64,000 nt of DNA from Thaumarchaeota archaeon UBA223. GTDB lineage: Archaea; Thermoproteota; Nitrososphaeria; Nitrososphaerales; UBA57. A program made the position numbers and the translations under genes. A model generated the notes under the pieces. That model saw only the letters and a program-made list of their open reading frames with translations. It searched no databases and was not told where the DNA came from. Of the stretch, positions 38,797-49,142 are shown one piece after another. The DNA is taken from contig DAHJ01000025.1 of the NCBI GenBank assembly GCA_002495905.1, forward strand, positions 21,995 to 85,994. The letters run 5' to 3'. Positions within the stretch are counted from its first letter, which is position 1; each line of letters opens with the position of its first letter.

Positions 38797-40570
38797 CAGC
38801 AGCTACCTCCTTATTTGCTAATTCATTGAATGATGAAAGCATAGACTTTGATAATTCATCCATTTTACCTAAATCATCATCAGGAATTTCATACTTAGAA
38901 CGAATAATTGATGACACTACAGGAAGACCACGAATTGTATCAAGATTTACTCCGTTCTTTAAAGCTTTTTGAGATTCTTTATAGAAGTCAGTATATAATT
39001 TCATCATTTTGACTTGTTTTTCTGGACTACAATATCGGTCTACTTTATCGAAAGCCATTTGTTGTAAGAATCCTTCTTTAATCATACGTGCGACGTCGAG
39101 AATTAATTTTTCCTCGTCAGGTAGAGCTTCAGGGCCTAATAGACGAACAATTTCTTTTAGTACATCTTCGCGTTGTAAGATTGTATATGTTTCTAATCTT
39201 AATTTAGGACGATCTGCATCAACATTATCTACCCACCATTTGTCTATAGATTCAGAATATCCAGAATAACTAGTCATCCAATTTATAGAAGGATAGTGTC
39301 TGGAATAAGCAAGTTTTGTATCAAGAGCCCAAAAGGTTTTGATACATCTCATAGTATGAGTAGAAACAGGTTCTGTAAAGTCTCCACCTGGTGGAGAAAC
39401 AGCGCCAATAACAGTAACAGATCCATCACGATCAGGTGAACCAAGACATTTTACACGTCCAGCTCGTTCGTAAAATTCCGCTAATCTTGATGCAAGATAA
39501 GAAGGATAACCTTCTTCAGCAGGCATTTCTTCTAGTCTTCCACTGAGTTCACGAAGAGCTTCTGCCCATCTGCTAGTGGAGTCTGCAACTAATACAGTAT
39601 CATAACCCATGTCACGATAATATTCTGCCATAGTAATACCAGTGTATATACTTGCTTCTCGAGCAGCTACAGGCATATTACTTGTATTAGCAACTAAAAC
39701 AGTTCTTTCCATTAAGGATTTTCCAGATCGTGGATCTTTTAATTCAGGAAACTTAATCAAAACTTCAGTCATTTCATTTCCTCGTTCACCACAACCAATA
39801 TGGAAAACGACACTTGCATCAGACCAAGAGGCGACTTGATGTAATGTAACAGTTTTTCCTGTTCCAAAACCTCCAGGTATTGCACCAGTTCCTCCTTTAG
39901 TAATTGGAAAGAATGTATCAAGTACGCGTTGTCCAGTTACAAGAGGTAACTCTGGATCATATCGTTGTGTAAATGGTCTGGCTTGTCGAACAGGCCAATC
40001 ATGATGCATTGTAAATTCAGATTTATTTCCTTTACCTTCTGCAATTGCAATAATGTGATCTTTATCATAACTTCCTTCTTTAACAACTTCAGTAATTTTT
40101 CCTGTAGGTGCAGTAGGAGGTGCAAGAATCTTATGATCTATTAAGTCAGTTTCTTTAACAGTGCCAAGTATACTACCTGCATGAACTGTATCACCTACTT
40201 TAACTTCTGGAATAAAATTCCATTTCTTTTTTGGAATTGGAGCAACATGAATACCTCGAGTAATAAATGAACCTGCTTTTGCAGCGATTTTATCCAAAGG
40301 TCTCTGAAGACCGTCATAAATAGTTCCCATCATTCCAGGACCTAGAGTTACAGATAATGGCGTTCCAGTACCAACAACAGGTTCGCCAGGTGTTAGACCA
40401 CTAGTAGATTCGTAAACTTGTATAAAGGCTGTATCTCCAGTAAGTCTAATAATTTCTCCAACAATTTTATCTTTGCCGACTTCCACTGTTTCGTACATTT
40501 GCGCACTCGACATTCCATCAGCTTTGACTGCAGGACCACTAATCCAAATAATTTTACCCTTAGCTTGCAT
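38780..40570 (-). CDS. atpA: A-type ATP synthase subunit A
   Basis: [36 protein letters not shown]. Confidence 0.97.
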   Translation of the reverse strand: MQAKGKIIWISGPAVKADGMSSAQMYETVEVGKDKIVGEIIRLTGDTAFIQVYESTSGLTPGEPVVGTGTPLSVTLGPGMMGTIYDGLQRPLDKIAAKAGSFITRGIHVAPIPKKKWNFIPEVKVGDTVHAGSILGTVKETDLIDHKILAPPTAPTGKITEVVKEGSYDKDHIIAIAEGKGNKSEFTMHHDWPVRQARPFTQRYDPELPLVTGQRVLDTFFPITKGGTGAIPGGFGTGKTVTLHQVASWSDASVVFHIGCGERGNEMTEVLIKFPELKDPRSGKSLMERTVLVANTSNMPVAAREASIYTGITMAEYYRDMGYDTVLVADSTSRWAEALRELSGRLEEMPAEEGYPSYLASRLAEFYERAGRVKCLGSPDRDGSVTVIGAVSPPGGDFTEPVSTHTMRCIKTFWALDTKLAYSRHYPSINWMTSYSGYSESIDKWWVDNVDADRPKLRLETYTILQREDVLKEIVRLLGPEALPDEEKLILDVARMIKEGFLQQMAFDKVDRYCSPEKQVKMMKLYTDFYKESQKALKNGVNLDTIRGLPVVSSIIRSKYEIPDDDLGKMDELSKSMLSSFNELANKEVAAVVDTK

Positions 40571-40702
40571 CTATACCAACTATGTTTTTTCATGATTTAG
40601 AGTTTAAAAACAATTCGATTTTTAGAGATATCGCATAAATAATATTAAAATTTTGAAAATTATCTTTAGAAATTCTTAAATGGATTATATAATTTATCTA
40701 AT

Positions 40703-41221
40703 ATGATGGATTCAAAAATTTTTGCAGTAATTATCGTTGCAATTATTGGAATTGGGGCAGTTTTGTTTATGTTGCCGGAAGATAATAATGAATTAACAGT
40801 AATTGAACCTGAGCCAGTTATAGAAGAAGTTGTAGTTGAGCCTGAACCAGAACCCATAGTCGAACCAGAACCTGAACCGGAACCTGAAAGTAAAGCAATT
40901 GTTGATGAGAATGGAGTATTATCTGGAGAAGTTGAAGTAAAAATTGAAAATCTTCAATTTGGTCCATCTGAAATAACTATAAAGAAAGGAACAACAGTAA
41001 CTTGGAGACAAATAGATATGTCAATTGGAGGAAGTGGAGGAGGAGTAGATTGGCATAACATAGTCGAGGGACCTCCAGGGAAAAGAGGAGATCATGTATT
41101 CAAATCTAAGGAACTAACTTTCAATGGTGGTTTTTCGTTTACATTTAATGAAATTGGTGAATTTGAATATTATTGTGATCCACATCCATTTATGATTGGA
41201 AAAATCACAGTGGTTGAATAG
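40703..41221 (+). CDS. Membrane-anchored type-1 copper protein (cupredoxin)
   Basis: N-terminal TM, (EP)n linker, WHNI...YYCDPHPFM His/Cys/His/Met ligands. Confidence 0.9.
   Translation: MMDSKIFAVIIVAIIGIGAVLFMLPEDNNELTVIEPEPVIEEVVVEPEPEPIVEPEPEPEPESKAIVDENGVLSGEVEVKIENLQFGPSEITIKKGTTVTWRQIDMSIGGSGGGVDWHNIVEGPPGKRGDHVFKSKELTFNGGFSFTFNEIGEFEYYCDPHPFMIGKITVVE
40804..40888 (+). repeat. Coding Glu-Pro low-complexity repeat (rigid linker)
   Basis: Imperfect tandem GARCCN hexamers encoding EPEPEPEPE. Confidence 0.75.
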
Positions 41222-41280
41222 TAACAAATTTTTTTGTTGTAACCAAATATTTATTAAATAACAAAAAGAAGAGTATCAAA

Positions 41281-41889
41281 ATGTCAAAGCCATTACTTGA
41301 TAGAAGATCTTTAACTGCATCAATATTATTTGCGTCGCTTGGAGTAGTATTACATCCACCATTCTTTCCACTAGTATTTCCTGCCCCATATGCTCCATTT
41401 TTAATTTATTCAATATGGGAAATTCCATTATACATTTGTTTATTATTATTCGGTCCTTTAACGGCAATGATAGCAGGAGTAATTAATTTTATTTCATTAC
41501 TTGTATTTTTCCCAGGTCAGTTATTCACAGGTCCATTATATAATTTAATAGCAATATACGGTTCCTATTTAGGAATTATATTAATTAAAAAGAGAAAGAA
41601 ATTTGTTTTAGACACAAGTAAAGCAACTAAAGATATTTTTTCAATAAACATGTTATTGATCATTTTATCTCCAATGATATTTAGAACAGTAATAATGACA
41701 GTAGTGAATTTTATTGTATTGCCTCAACCACCTCCAATTGGTTTTTCAATTCCAATGGAAGGAATACCAAGTGTTTTAGGGTTAATAGCAATATTTAATT
41801 CAACGACTATACTATATTCAATACCTTTAGCTTACCTAGTAGCTAGATCAGTAAAATCAGCTATAGACCGAACTTGGATATTTGAATAA
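41281..41889 (+). CDS. ECF transporter S-component-like membrane protein
   Basis: FPAPYAPFLIYSIWEIP, FGP; about 6 TM segments. Confidence 0.7.
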   Translation: MSKPLLDRRSLTASILFASLGVVLHPPFFPLVFPAPYAPFLIYSIWEIPLYICLLLFGPLTAMIAGVINFISLLVFFPGQLFTGPLYNLIAIYGSYLGIILIKKRKKFVLDTSKATKDIFSINMLLIILSPMIFRTVIMTVVNFIVLPQPPPIGFSIPMEGIPSVLGLIAIFNSTTILYSIPLAYLVARSVKSAIDRTWIFE

Positions 41890-41890
41890 A

Positions 41891-42493
41891 TTATTTGAAC
41901 TTATTTGCAACGTCAGTTCGTAATTCGGCTTTCATTCGTTCTAATCTATCTTCAATAGTATTGTTAACAACAACAGTAGAATCAGCATTACTGACAATAA
42001 TACCTCCTGCAGTTGTAATATAATTATCAGATAATGAAATAGATTTCTTTGACTTGGAAGAAATTTTGTCTATTATGTCTTTTACAATTGAAGAATCTTT
42101 CTTGTTACAAGAAATTAAGACATCTGAATCGTCGATAGTATCCAATCCCTCGTTAATGAAGAGTTCTAGGGACTTTGGATAATTTTTTCCTTTATTAGAA
42201 TTAAGTTCTTTCAAAGCAGCAGTAAATACTTTATTAATATTTTTTTCAAGAAGGACTAGGCTAGAATTTCGACTTTCCATTTCTGCAGTACCAATAATTT
42301 GTCTAGATTTAATATCAAATTCCTTGGATTGTTGGGATTCAATTTCCTGTTCTTGATTTTTTGACTGTGTTTCTGATTCAGATATAATCTTGTTGGCTTC
42401 TTCTAATCCATCTTTAAGAATGGATTCGACAATTTTTTCAAAGTCTTTAGAAACATCATCTAAAACATTTTCATTTGATATTTTTTTACTCAT
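41891..42493 (-). CDS. atpE: A-type ATP synthase subunit E
   Basis: N-terminal coiled coil, GGIIV...V.NNTIEDRL. Confidence 0.88.
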   Translation of the reverse strand: MSKKISNENVLDDVSKDFEKIVESILKDGLEEANKIISESETQSKNQEQEIESQQSKEFDIKSRQIIGTAEMESRNSSLVLLEKNINKVFTAALKELNSNKGKNYPKSLELFINEGLDTIDDSDVLISCNKKDSSIVKDIIDKISSKSKKSISLSDNYITTAGGIIVSNADSTVVVNNTIEDRLERMKAELRTDVANKFK

Positions 42494-42617
42494 TTTTTTG
42501 ACCTGTGATAATTTATCATAAAATATTTACCTATTTAAATTGTTAAGATTAGATGAATTTTCATGTGAAAATCATAATAACAATAATAAGTAACAAATAC
42601 AAACTATAATAGAAGCC

Positions 42618-43802
42618 TTGATATCAGAAACAGAAATTAGAAATTCTTTAACAAATGTCATGGATCCTGAGATCCATATGAATATAGTAGAATTGAAGAT
42701 GCTAAGAGAGATAAAAATTGATGGGAATAATATCGATGTATTAATAGCACTAACAGTTGCAGGGTGTCCATTAGCAGATACAATAAAAAAGGATGTAAAA
42801 GAGGAATTAATGAAATTAGAACAAGTAAAAGAAGTTAGTGTAGAAACCACAGTTATGACCAAAGAACAATTAGATGAATTAAAGGAAATTGTTCAAAAGA
42901 ATCGAGGTGAGCAACAATCCCAGGATGAATTAATCTCAAGATTAGACAAGAAGAAAAATGAGAATTTAATAGCAGTCGTATCAGGAAAAGGTGGAGTCGG
43001 AAAATCTTCTATGACTGCAATATTAGCTTCTGAGCTCAAAAGATCAGGTTATAACGTAGGAATACTTGATGCAGATGTTACAGGTCCAAGTATTGCAAAG
43101 ATTTTCGGTGTTACAAAAAGATTAATGAAAGGAAAGAACGGAATAATTCCAGCAGAAACACCTTCTGGACTTAAATTAATATCAGTGAATTTGATGTTAG
43201 ATAACCCAGAAGTACCAACAGTATGGAGAGGTCCGATCGTTAATAATTTAATCAGACAATTATACACAGATGTAGATTGGGGAGATATAGATTATTTATT
43301 AATTGATTTACCGCCAGGGACTGGTGATGCACCTCTAACAGTGTTCCAATCATTACCACTTTCAGGCATAGTTTTAGTCAGTACGCCTCAAGATTTATCG
43401 AAAATGATAGTAAGTAAATCAGCAAACATGGCAGGAATGTTAAAAATTCCATTACTTGGTTTGGTTGAAAATATGTCTTATTTAGAATGTAAACATTGTG
43501 GAGATAAAAATTACATCCTTGGAGAATCAAGAGGCGAAGCATTTGCTGAACATCTAGGTACAAAACTATTAGCAAGACTACCATTTGAAAAAGATATTGC
43601 AGAACTTTGCGATCAAGGAAAGATAGAAGCTTATCAAAATAATGATATAACAAATACGATAGAAATAATAAAGCAAACTATTGAAGAGCAGAAAGAAAAG
43701 TCTTCAATTGCAACAATTGTAGAGAGTGCAGGAGGTAATTTATCGCCTGCATGGAATAAAAATGAAGAACAAAAAAAGAAATTTAAACTAACGCCAGTAT
43801 AA
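42618..43802 (+). CDS. mrp: Mrp/NBP35 (ApbC) Fe-S carrier ATPase with N-terminal DUF59
   Basis: DPEI..LTVAGCP, SGKGGVGKS, DADVTGPS, WRGP, DLPPGTGD, ENMSYLECKHC. Confidence 0.93.
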   Translation: MISETEIRNSLTNVMDPEIHMNIVELKMLREIKIDGNNIDVLIALTVAGCPLADTIKKDVKEELMKLEQVKEVSVETTVMTKEQLDELKEIVQKNRGEQQSQDELISRLDKKKNENLIAVVSGKGGVGKSSMTAILASELKRSGYNVGILDADVTGPSIAKIFGVTKRLMKGKNGIIPAETPSGLKLISVNLMLDNPEVPTVWRGPIVNNLIRQLYTDVDWGDIDYLLIDLPPGTGDAPLTVFQSLPLSGIVLVSTPQDLSKMIVSKSANMAGMLKIPLLGLVENMSYLECKHCGDKNYILGESRGEAFAEHLGTKLLARLPFEKDIAELCDQGKIEAYQNNDITNTIEIIKQTIEEQKEKSSIATIVESAGGNLSPAWNKNEEQKKKFKLTPV

Positions 43803-43835
43803 TTTTATGTTTGCATATTAAACGAGATTTAGGTT

Positions 43836-44117
43836 CTATGCCCAATAATCCTTAGATATAGTTTCTATTACTTCTTGACTTTCCAGTTCAACACCGGCGT
43901 CAGCTCTCTTTTTTGTGATATCTTCACGTTTTGTTAGTATTTCAAATTTTGACGGGTCTTTAACTTCCGTAACATCGTATACTTTAGTTTCATCAGAATT
44001 AGTACCGGCCCAAAGTATCTTAATTCCCAACTCATTTAAATCAGGTTCAATCTCTTTGTACATTTTTAACCAAGAATCAAAGCCTTTAGTAATTTTAAAA
44101 GTTGATAAGAATTTCAT
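43836..44117 (-). CDS. Hypothetical protein (DUF3764-like small alpha/beta)
   Basis: TFKITKGFDSW...R..AGV.LESQEV; follows atpF. Confidence 0.55.
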   Translation of the reverse strand: MKFLSTFKITKGFDSWLKMYKEIEPDLNELGIKILWAGTNSDETKVYDVTEVKDPSKFEILTKREDITKKRADAGVELESQEVIETISKDYWA

Positions 44118-44130
44118 CGAGATTCACCTA

Positions 44131-44427
44131 TTACATTTTTAGAACTTTTTTAATTAGTTCTCGATAATCAACTTCCTCAGTTTTTGCTCCAGGAGTTGGT
44201 ATTTGATAAATAAGAGGAATAGGATATTGAGATCTGATATCAGTAATTTCATCATAAATAGGTTCTGCCATATCATTACTAATCAAAATTAATCCAATTT
44301 CTTTGTCAGTAACTAGTGATTGGATTTGTTTAAGAGCGTCAGAAGAATTAGAAACTTCTACGCCATTAACACCAGACAACATAAAGCCTGATACAAATGC
44401 ACGAGTTCCTAATGCAAGTATTTTCAT
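44131..44427 (-). CDS. atpF: A-type ATP synthase subunit F
   Basis: LG...FVSGFMLSGV, IGLILI, PLIYQIP. Confidence 0.9.
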   Translation of the reverse strand: MKILALGTRAFVSGFMLSGVNGVEVSNSSDALKQIQSLVTDKEIGLILISNDMAEPIYDEITDIRSQYPIPLIYQIPTPGAKTEEVDYRELIKKVLKM

Positions 44428-44478
44428 TGAAAATTATAGAATCTATACGATAATAAATTTAACTGAATAAGAAATATT

Positions 44479-44516
44479 AAAAAAAAAGAGTTGTTGTCCC
44501 CGAAGGGACAACTAAG
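44479..44516 (-). terminator. Hairpin with cUUCGg loop plus U-tract downstream of PQQ gene 1
   Basis: Minus strand GTTGTCCC-TTCG-GGGACAAC-AACTC-T9; near-identical copy at 59181-59216. Confidence 0.8.
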
Positions 44517-44520
44517 ATTA

Positions 44521-46782
44521 TTATGCTGTAGCTTGGCGAGATCTAGTGAAGAGTACACCAGAAACGACGACTAGAATTACACCTAATCCAATTGCAATAT
44601 ATGAAATTGGACTAATTGTTTCTACTTCGACTTCTTCAGTGACTATTACTTCACGGACTTCTACCTCACGGCTGATACTTTCTGGTAATTCATCAGGTAA
44701 ACCAAAGGCCATTATAGCTCCAGGAACAGAGCCTCTTAATGGTGGGTTTTGGCTAGTTAGACCACGTCCTCCAAATGATTGTAGGAGTAGAGTCTTACCA
44801 TTAGAATCTTGTCCAATACTTGGTTGAGTATCTAATGCTGAACCAAGATTGAATGTATGTAGAAGTTCACCGTTGTCGGTTGCAACTGCACGAAGCTTAC
44901 CATCGAAACCATTCCAGTAGACTACGCCACCAGATGAAATCATTCCACCTCGGTGTGCAACTGTATCTACAAAGAATTCCCATTCAACTGCACCAGTTCT
45001 TGCATTGATTGCAGTAACTGAGTGGTTTAATTGAGGTGGGAATGGTGCTTCAGAGTTTTTGTTGTTAATGAATCCACCATAGAAACTACCAAATCTTGAT
45101 TCTTGTGGAAGAATCTCTAAGAAGAGAGGTTCATTCTTACAAGATACATAGACATTGTTTCCATCGAATGCCATATCATTTTCAGCACAGCCTGATCCAT
45201 TTGGACTTTGCCAGATGTATTCAGTTGATGGATAATGTTGCCATGGTTTGTTCATGTCAGCTTCAACTCGTGGATCTAAGAAGAACCAGTCGTTGTTTTC
45301 GTCAAGACCGTCAATACCAAGTGCTTCAGAGTGCAATACACCTCGTCCTCGTTCACCATTAGTTGGTCCAGCACGATTATCACATTCTGCATTACAGTAG
45401 TATTTTGTGAATCTTACACCAGGAACTTCAGTGATCCATAATACTTCACCAGTATTTGCATCAAATGCATGAACGTGTCCTTGTTTACATTGTTTCATAA
45501 CAACTCTGCGTCCATCGATTTCTGCAAGTTGTGTATTCCAGGCACAGTCCATGTCCCAAAGGTCTTTAGTAGTACTTTGGAAGTACCATGCTAAGTCACC
45601 TGTCTTACTATCAAGTCCAACAATAGCTGAACCGAATAGACGTGGACCACGGGTATATGTGTGGTTAAAGTCAGGACCTGGTTGTGCAGTTCCGAAGAAG
45701 AGTTTTCCATTTTCTTCGTCAACTACAATCTGTCCCCAGATATTACTTACACCTGCATTGAATGGCATACCAGTCTTTTCATTATAAGTACCTGGATTAC
45801 CAGCCCAATCCCATCTTAGGATATCTTCTGGGACATCACAAGCTTGGATACCTTCGATATAACCAACATCACAAGTGTCAACTAACCATTGACCCCATGC
45901 GGCATATTCGTCAGGGAATAATTCACCGTTAGGTGGTTGATAAAAGAATCTCCAATTAAGGTGCTCATCGGTTGTTGCGTCAATGTTACAAGGGAAACTT
46001 GTACAGGCGCCTAAGTCATATGCAGCTACATATGCACGGCCACCATAGCTTCCTTCCATGTGTCCGCCGACTGCTACAATAATTTGGTTATTGGAACGAT
46101 CAACAACAGGAGCATGTGATCCTTGTGCGTTATACAAACCAGAGTTTGTTTCAACATTTCTACAATGTTGGAATAGAGTGAATACTTCGTCGCCGTTTTC
46201 AGCATCTACTGCTTTGATTGTACAACCAAAGGAGTTTAGCCAAAGTAAACCTTTACCATTCAATTCCCAATAGTTCATTGAATGAGTATGGGCGGCTAGA
46301 GAGTATACAGGTAAACCTGGAGGATTAAGTCCACGATTGTCTGCGACAGATGGACCAATTATATCAGGGTCATCACCGTCTGCAGTTCTTTCACTATACC
46401 AATTCATTGATCCATCAACCGAATCGATTGAGAAGATTGTCTGATAGTTGGTTGTGTAGTAGACATTACCGTCGACAACTAATGGAGGTGCGATACCACC
46501 AGTACCACAAAAGGTCATTGATGAACAACCTATTGAATCTGCATCAGGGATTGGAAATACCCATTGCAATTGAGCAAGGTGTACATTCTCTGATGTTAAT
46601 TGTGTTTGTGGGTTAAAGTTGTGTCCCCAGGAATTTGCATTAATGAATTCCCAGTTTCTCTCTGCTCTTGTAGAACCAAGTGCAGGAGTAACGTTTTGTG
46701 CACTAACCATTGGGGTTAGGAACAAAGATGCTGCAATTAATAGTGCAGCAACTAGGATACTTACGTATACACGTCGAGTCAT
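44521..46782 (-). CDS. PQQ-dependent dehydrogenase-like beta-propeller, secreted and C-terminally anchored (paralog 1)
   Basis: Signal peptide, NWE..N, PQ.Q....NV..L..QW, PLVVDG, A.DA.TGE..W blade repeats, DLWDMD; C-terminal TM. Confidence 0.88.
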   Translation of the reverse strand: MTRRVYVSILVAALLIAASLFLTPMVSAQNVTPALGSTRAERNWEFINANSWGHNFNPQTQLTSENVHLAQLQWVFPIPDADSIGCSSMTFCGTGGIAPPLVVDGNVYYTTNYQTIFSIDSVDGSMNWYSERTADGDDPDIIGPSVADNRGLNPPGLPVYSLAAHTHSMNYWELNGKGLLWLNSFGCTIKAVDAENGDEVFTLFQHCRNVETNSGLYNAQGSHAPVVDRSNNQIIVAVGGHMEGSYGGRAYVAAYDLGACTSFPCNIDATTDEHLNWRFFYQPPNGELFPDEYAAWGQWLVDTCDVGYIEGIQACDVPEDILRWDWAGNPGTYNEKTGMPFNAGVSNIWGQIVVDEENGKLFFGTAQPGPDFNHTYTRGPRLFGSAIVGLDSKTGDLAWYFQSTTKDLWDMDCAWNTQLAEIDGRRVVMKQCKQGHVHAFDANTGEVLWITEVPGVRFTKYYCNAECDNRAGPTNGERGRGVLHSEALGIDGLDENNDWFFLDPRVEADMNKPWQHYPSTEYIWQSPNGSGCAENDMAFDGNNVYVSCKNEPLFLEILPQESRFGSFYGGFINNKNSEAPFPPQLNHSVTAINARTGAVEWEFFVDTVAHRGGMISSGGVVYWNGFDGKLRAVATDNGELLHTFNLGSALDTQPSIGQDSNGKTLLLQSFGGRGLTSQNPPLRGSVPGAIMAFGLPDELPESISREVEVREVIVTEEVEVETISPISYIAIGLGVILVVVSGVLFTRSRQATA

Positions 46783-46806
46783 GCCCCGGTTTAGTGTAAA
46801 AAGTAC

Positions 46807-46813
46807 ATATAAA
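46807..46813 (-). promoter_or_regulatory. TATA box of PQQ paralog 1 (leaderless or near-leaderless transcript)
   Basis: TTTATAT on the minus strand 25-31 nt upstream of ATG 46782. Confidence 0.55.
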
Positions 46814-46925
46814 TCCCTCGAATATTTTTACAAATTTTGAACTTATTGGTAAAAAATTCACGTTAGATTCAATAAATTAATTATAAATAATAATTTTATT
46901 AAAATAATTAATAATTTTTGAGAAA

Positions 46926-47468
46926 CTATTGCCAATTAAGATTAATTACAAGAAATTCAAATTGATCAAAAGTAAATGGAAAAGTTTCCTCAAAATAATA
47001 AACAGAACTCGATGGAATGCTTGAAATGATAACAGATTCTGTACGAACAGGTATAGCGTCACAACCACAGTCATTCAATATCCACCAAGTAACTTCTACC
47101 TCAATGTCGCTGGCATTTTTTAGTCCAAAATTAATAATCTGACCACTAACAACTGAATAAGATCTACCGTCAATTTCAATTTCATTATTTTGAAATTGTT
47201 GATTAATCGTAAGATTAGCATGAGTAATTAAATTATTTTCAAGAATAAGAGTAAGATTAGAAAGTTGCGTAGAAAGTAATTGATTTTCAGTTATCAAGGA
47301 CTCGATTTGAACAAGGTAATTTTTATTAGAATTCTCAATCTCTTCTAGTTCGGATTCAAGTTGATTGTTATTCGTAATAAAAAAAAATATTAAAAGAATA
47401 GAACTAATCAGTAGGAACAAATATATTATTCCGTACAGACGATTCACAAGTAATCTATAATCATACAA
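46926..47468 (-). CDS. Hypothetical membrane-anchored protein (TM, coiled coil, beta-rich C-terminus)
   Basis: 180-aa ORF; heptad-like region followed by VSGQIINFG beta-rich domain. Confidence 0.6.
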   Translation of the reverse strand: MYDYRLLVNRLYGIIYLFLLISSILLIFFFITNNNQLESELEEIENSNKNYLVQIESLITENQLLSTQLSNLTLILENNLITHANLTINQQFQNNEIEIDGRSYSVVSGQIINFGLKNASDIEVEVTWWILNDCGCDAIPVRTESVIISSIPSSSVYYFEETFPFTFDQFEFLVINLNWQ

Positions 47469-47520
47469 GATAATATGTTTTATAATGATTCATATAGATG
47501 CTAATACTAACAAGAAGTAG

Positions 47521-49125
47521 TTGGCCCAAATTAGTTCTAAACAAGATGAAAAAAGAATGTGGAAAAGTCTTGCGAGAGATTTAGGTGTAGAACAAGAAGT
47601 AGATATCTCAAGTTTACAAGATATTAAAAAATATATTGCAAAAACAAAGTATAAAGATCGCATTCCTAGTAATTCAGAGCTGCTAGAGATATTACCAATA
47701 GATAAGCGAAAGCAACATCTGCAATTATTAAAGATAAAACCAACAAAAAGCGCATCAGGTATTGCTGTGATATCAGTAATGACAAAGCCATATAATTGTC
47801 CACATGGAGTTTGTATTTTTTGCCCTGGTGGAGAGAAAATAGGAACTCCACAGAGTTATCTGCCATCAGAACCTGCCACCATGAGAGCATTAGAGGCAGA
47901 ATATGAACCAGAAAAACAAATAGAGAATAGATTCAAACAGTTGACGAATATAGGACATTATATTGACAAAGTCGAATTATTGATAATTGGGGGAACTTTC
48001 ATGAATTTACCATTCGAGTATCAAGAAAGTTTCGTAAAATCATGTTATGATTCATTAAATGGGTTAAAATCAGAAAACTTAGAACAAGCCAAAAAATTAG
48101 CAGAGAAATCGGCAATTAAAAACGTAGGTCTAAGTGTAGAAACAAAACCCGACTGGTGTAAACAAAAACATATTGATTTAGCACTTGATTTTGGAGTAAC
48201 AAGAATTGAAATAGGAGTTCAGACATTATCAGATGAAATATTTAGGAAAACAAATAGAGGACATACTTTACTTGATGTAGAAAAATCATTTCAAATTTCT
48301 AAGGATGCTGGATACAAAATTGTTGCCCATATGATGCCAGGACTTCCTGGTTCTAATTTAAAAAAAGATTTTGACGACTTTGTTACTTTATTTAATGATC
48401 AAAAATACAAGCCAGACATGTTAAAAATTTACCCAACATTGGTAGTTCCGGGAACTGGATTACATAAAATGTACCAGGAAGGTGAATTCAATGCATATAC
48501 AACTGAAGAAGTAATTGACCTATTAGCTAAAGTAAAGAAAGAAGTTCCTCCATGGGTAAGAATAATGAGAATACAAAGAGAAATTTCTGAGGAATTTATT
48601 GAAGCAGGTACTGGCAAAGGAAATATTCGAGAATTAATAAAGGCAAAGATGAAACAAAATGGAGATAAATGTATATGCATAAGATGTAGAGAAATAGGAC
48701 TAAAACAACTTAAAGAAGAATTAGAAATAGAAAAATACGATATTGAAATAACAAATACTCGGTATGAATCGTCAGAAGGAAAAGAATATTTTATCAGTGC
48801 AGAAGAGAAGAATACCAAATCATTAATTGGATTTGTACGAATGCGTATTCCGTCGGAAAAGGCTCATAGAAAAGAAATTGTTGAGAATACTGCAATAGTG
48901 AGAGAATTACACGTATATGGACAAGTAGTGCCCATTGGAGAAAGAGATGTAAAGAGTTGGCAACACAAAGGAATAGGGATAAGATTAATGCAGGAAGCAG
49001 AAAAAATAGCTAAGGAAGAGATGTCGATAAGAAAATTGCTAGTGATAAGCGCAATAGGAACAAGAGAATATTATAGAAGATTAGGATATGAATTAGAAGG
49101 TCCATATATGGGGAAAAAACTCTAG
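47521..49125 (+). CDS. elp3: tRNA U34 carboxymethyltransferase Elp3 (radical SAM + KAT)
   Basis: SGIAVISVM, CPHGVCIFCPGG, GGTF, RIQREI, CIRCRE, RELHVYG, QHKGIG. Confidence 0.96.
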   Translation: MAQISSKQDEKRMWKSLARDLGVEQEVDISSLQDIKKYIAKTKYKDRIPSNSELLEILPIDKRKQHLQLLKIKPTKSASGIAVISVMTKPYNCPHGVCIFCPGGEKIGTPQSYLPSEPATMRALEAEYEPEKQIENRFKQLTNIGHYIDKVELLIIGGTFMNLPFEYQESFVKSCYDSLNGLKSENLEQAKKLAEKSAIKNVGLSVETKPDWCKQKHIDLALDFGVTRIEIGVQTLSDEIFRKTNRGHTLLDVEKSFQISKDAGYKIVAHMMPGLPGSNLKKDFDDFVTLFNDQKYKPDMLKIYPTLVVPGTGLHKMYQEGEFNAYTTEEVIDLLAKVKKEVPPWVRIMRIQREISEEFIEAGTGKGNIRELIKAKMKQNGDKCICIRCREIGLKQLKEELEIEKYDIEITNTRYESSEGKEYFISAEEKNTKSLIGFVRMRIPSEKAHRKEIVENTAIVRELHVYGQVVPIGERDVKSWQHKGIGIRLMQEAEKIAKEEMSIRKLLVISAIGTREYYRRLGYELEGPYMGKKL

Positions 49126-49142
49126 ATTAAGGAGTCCTACAC

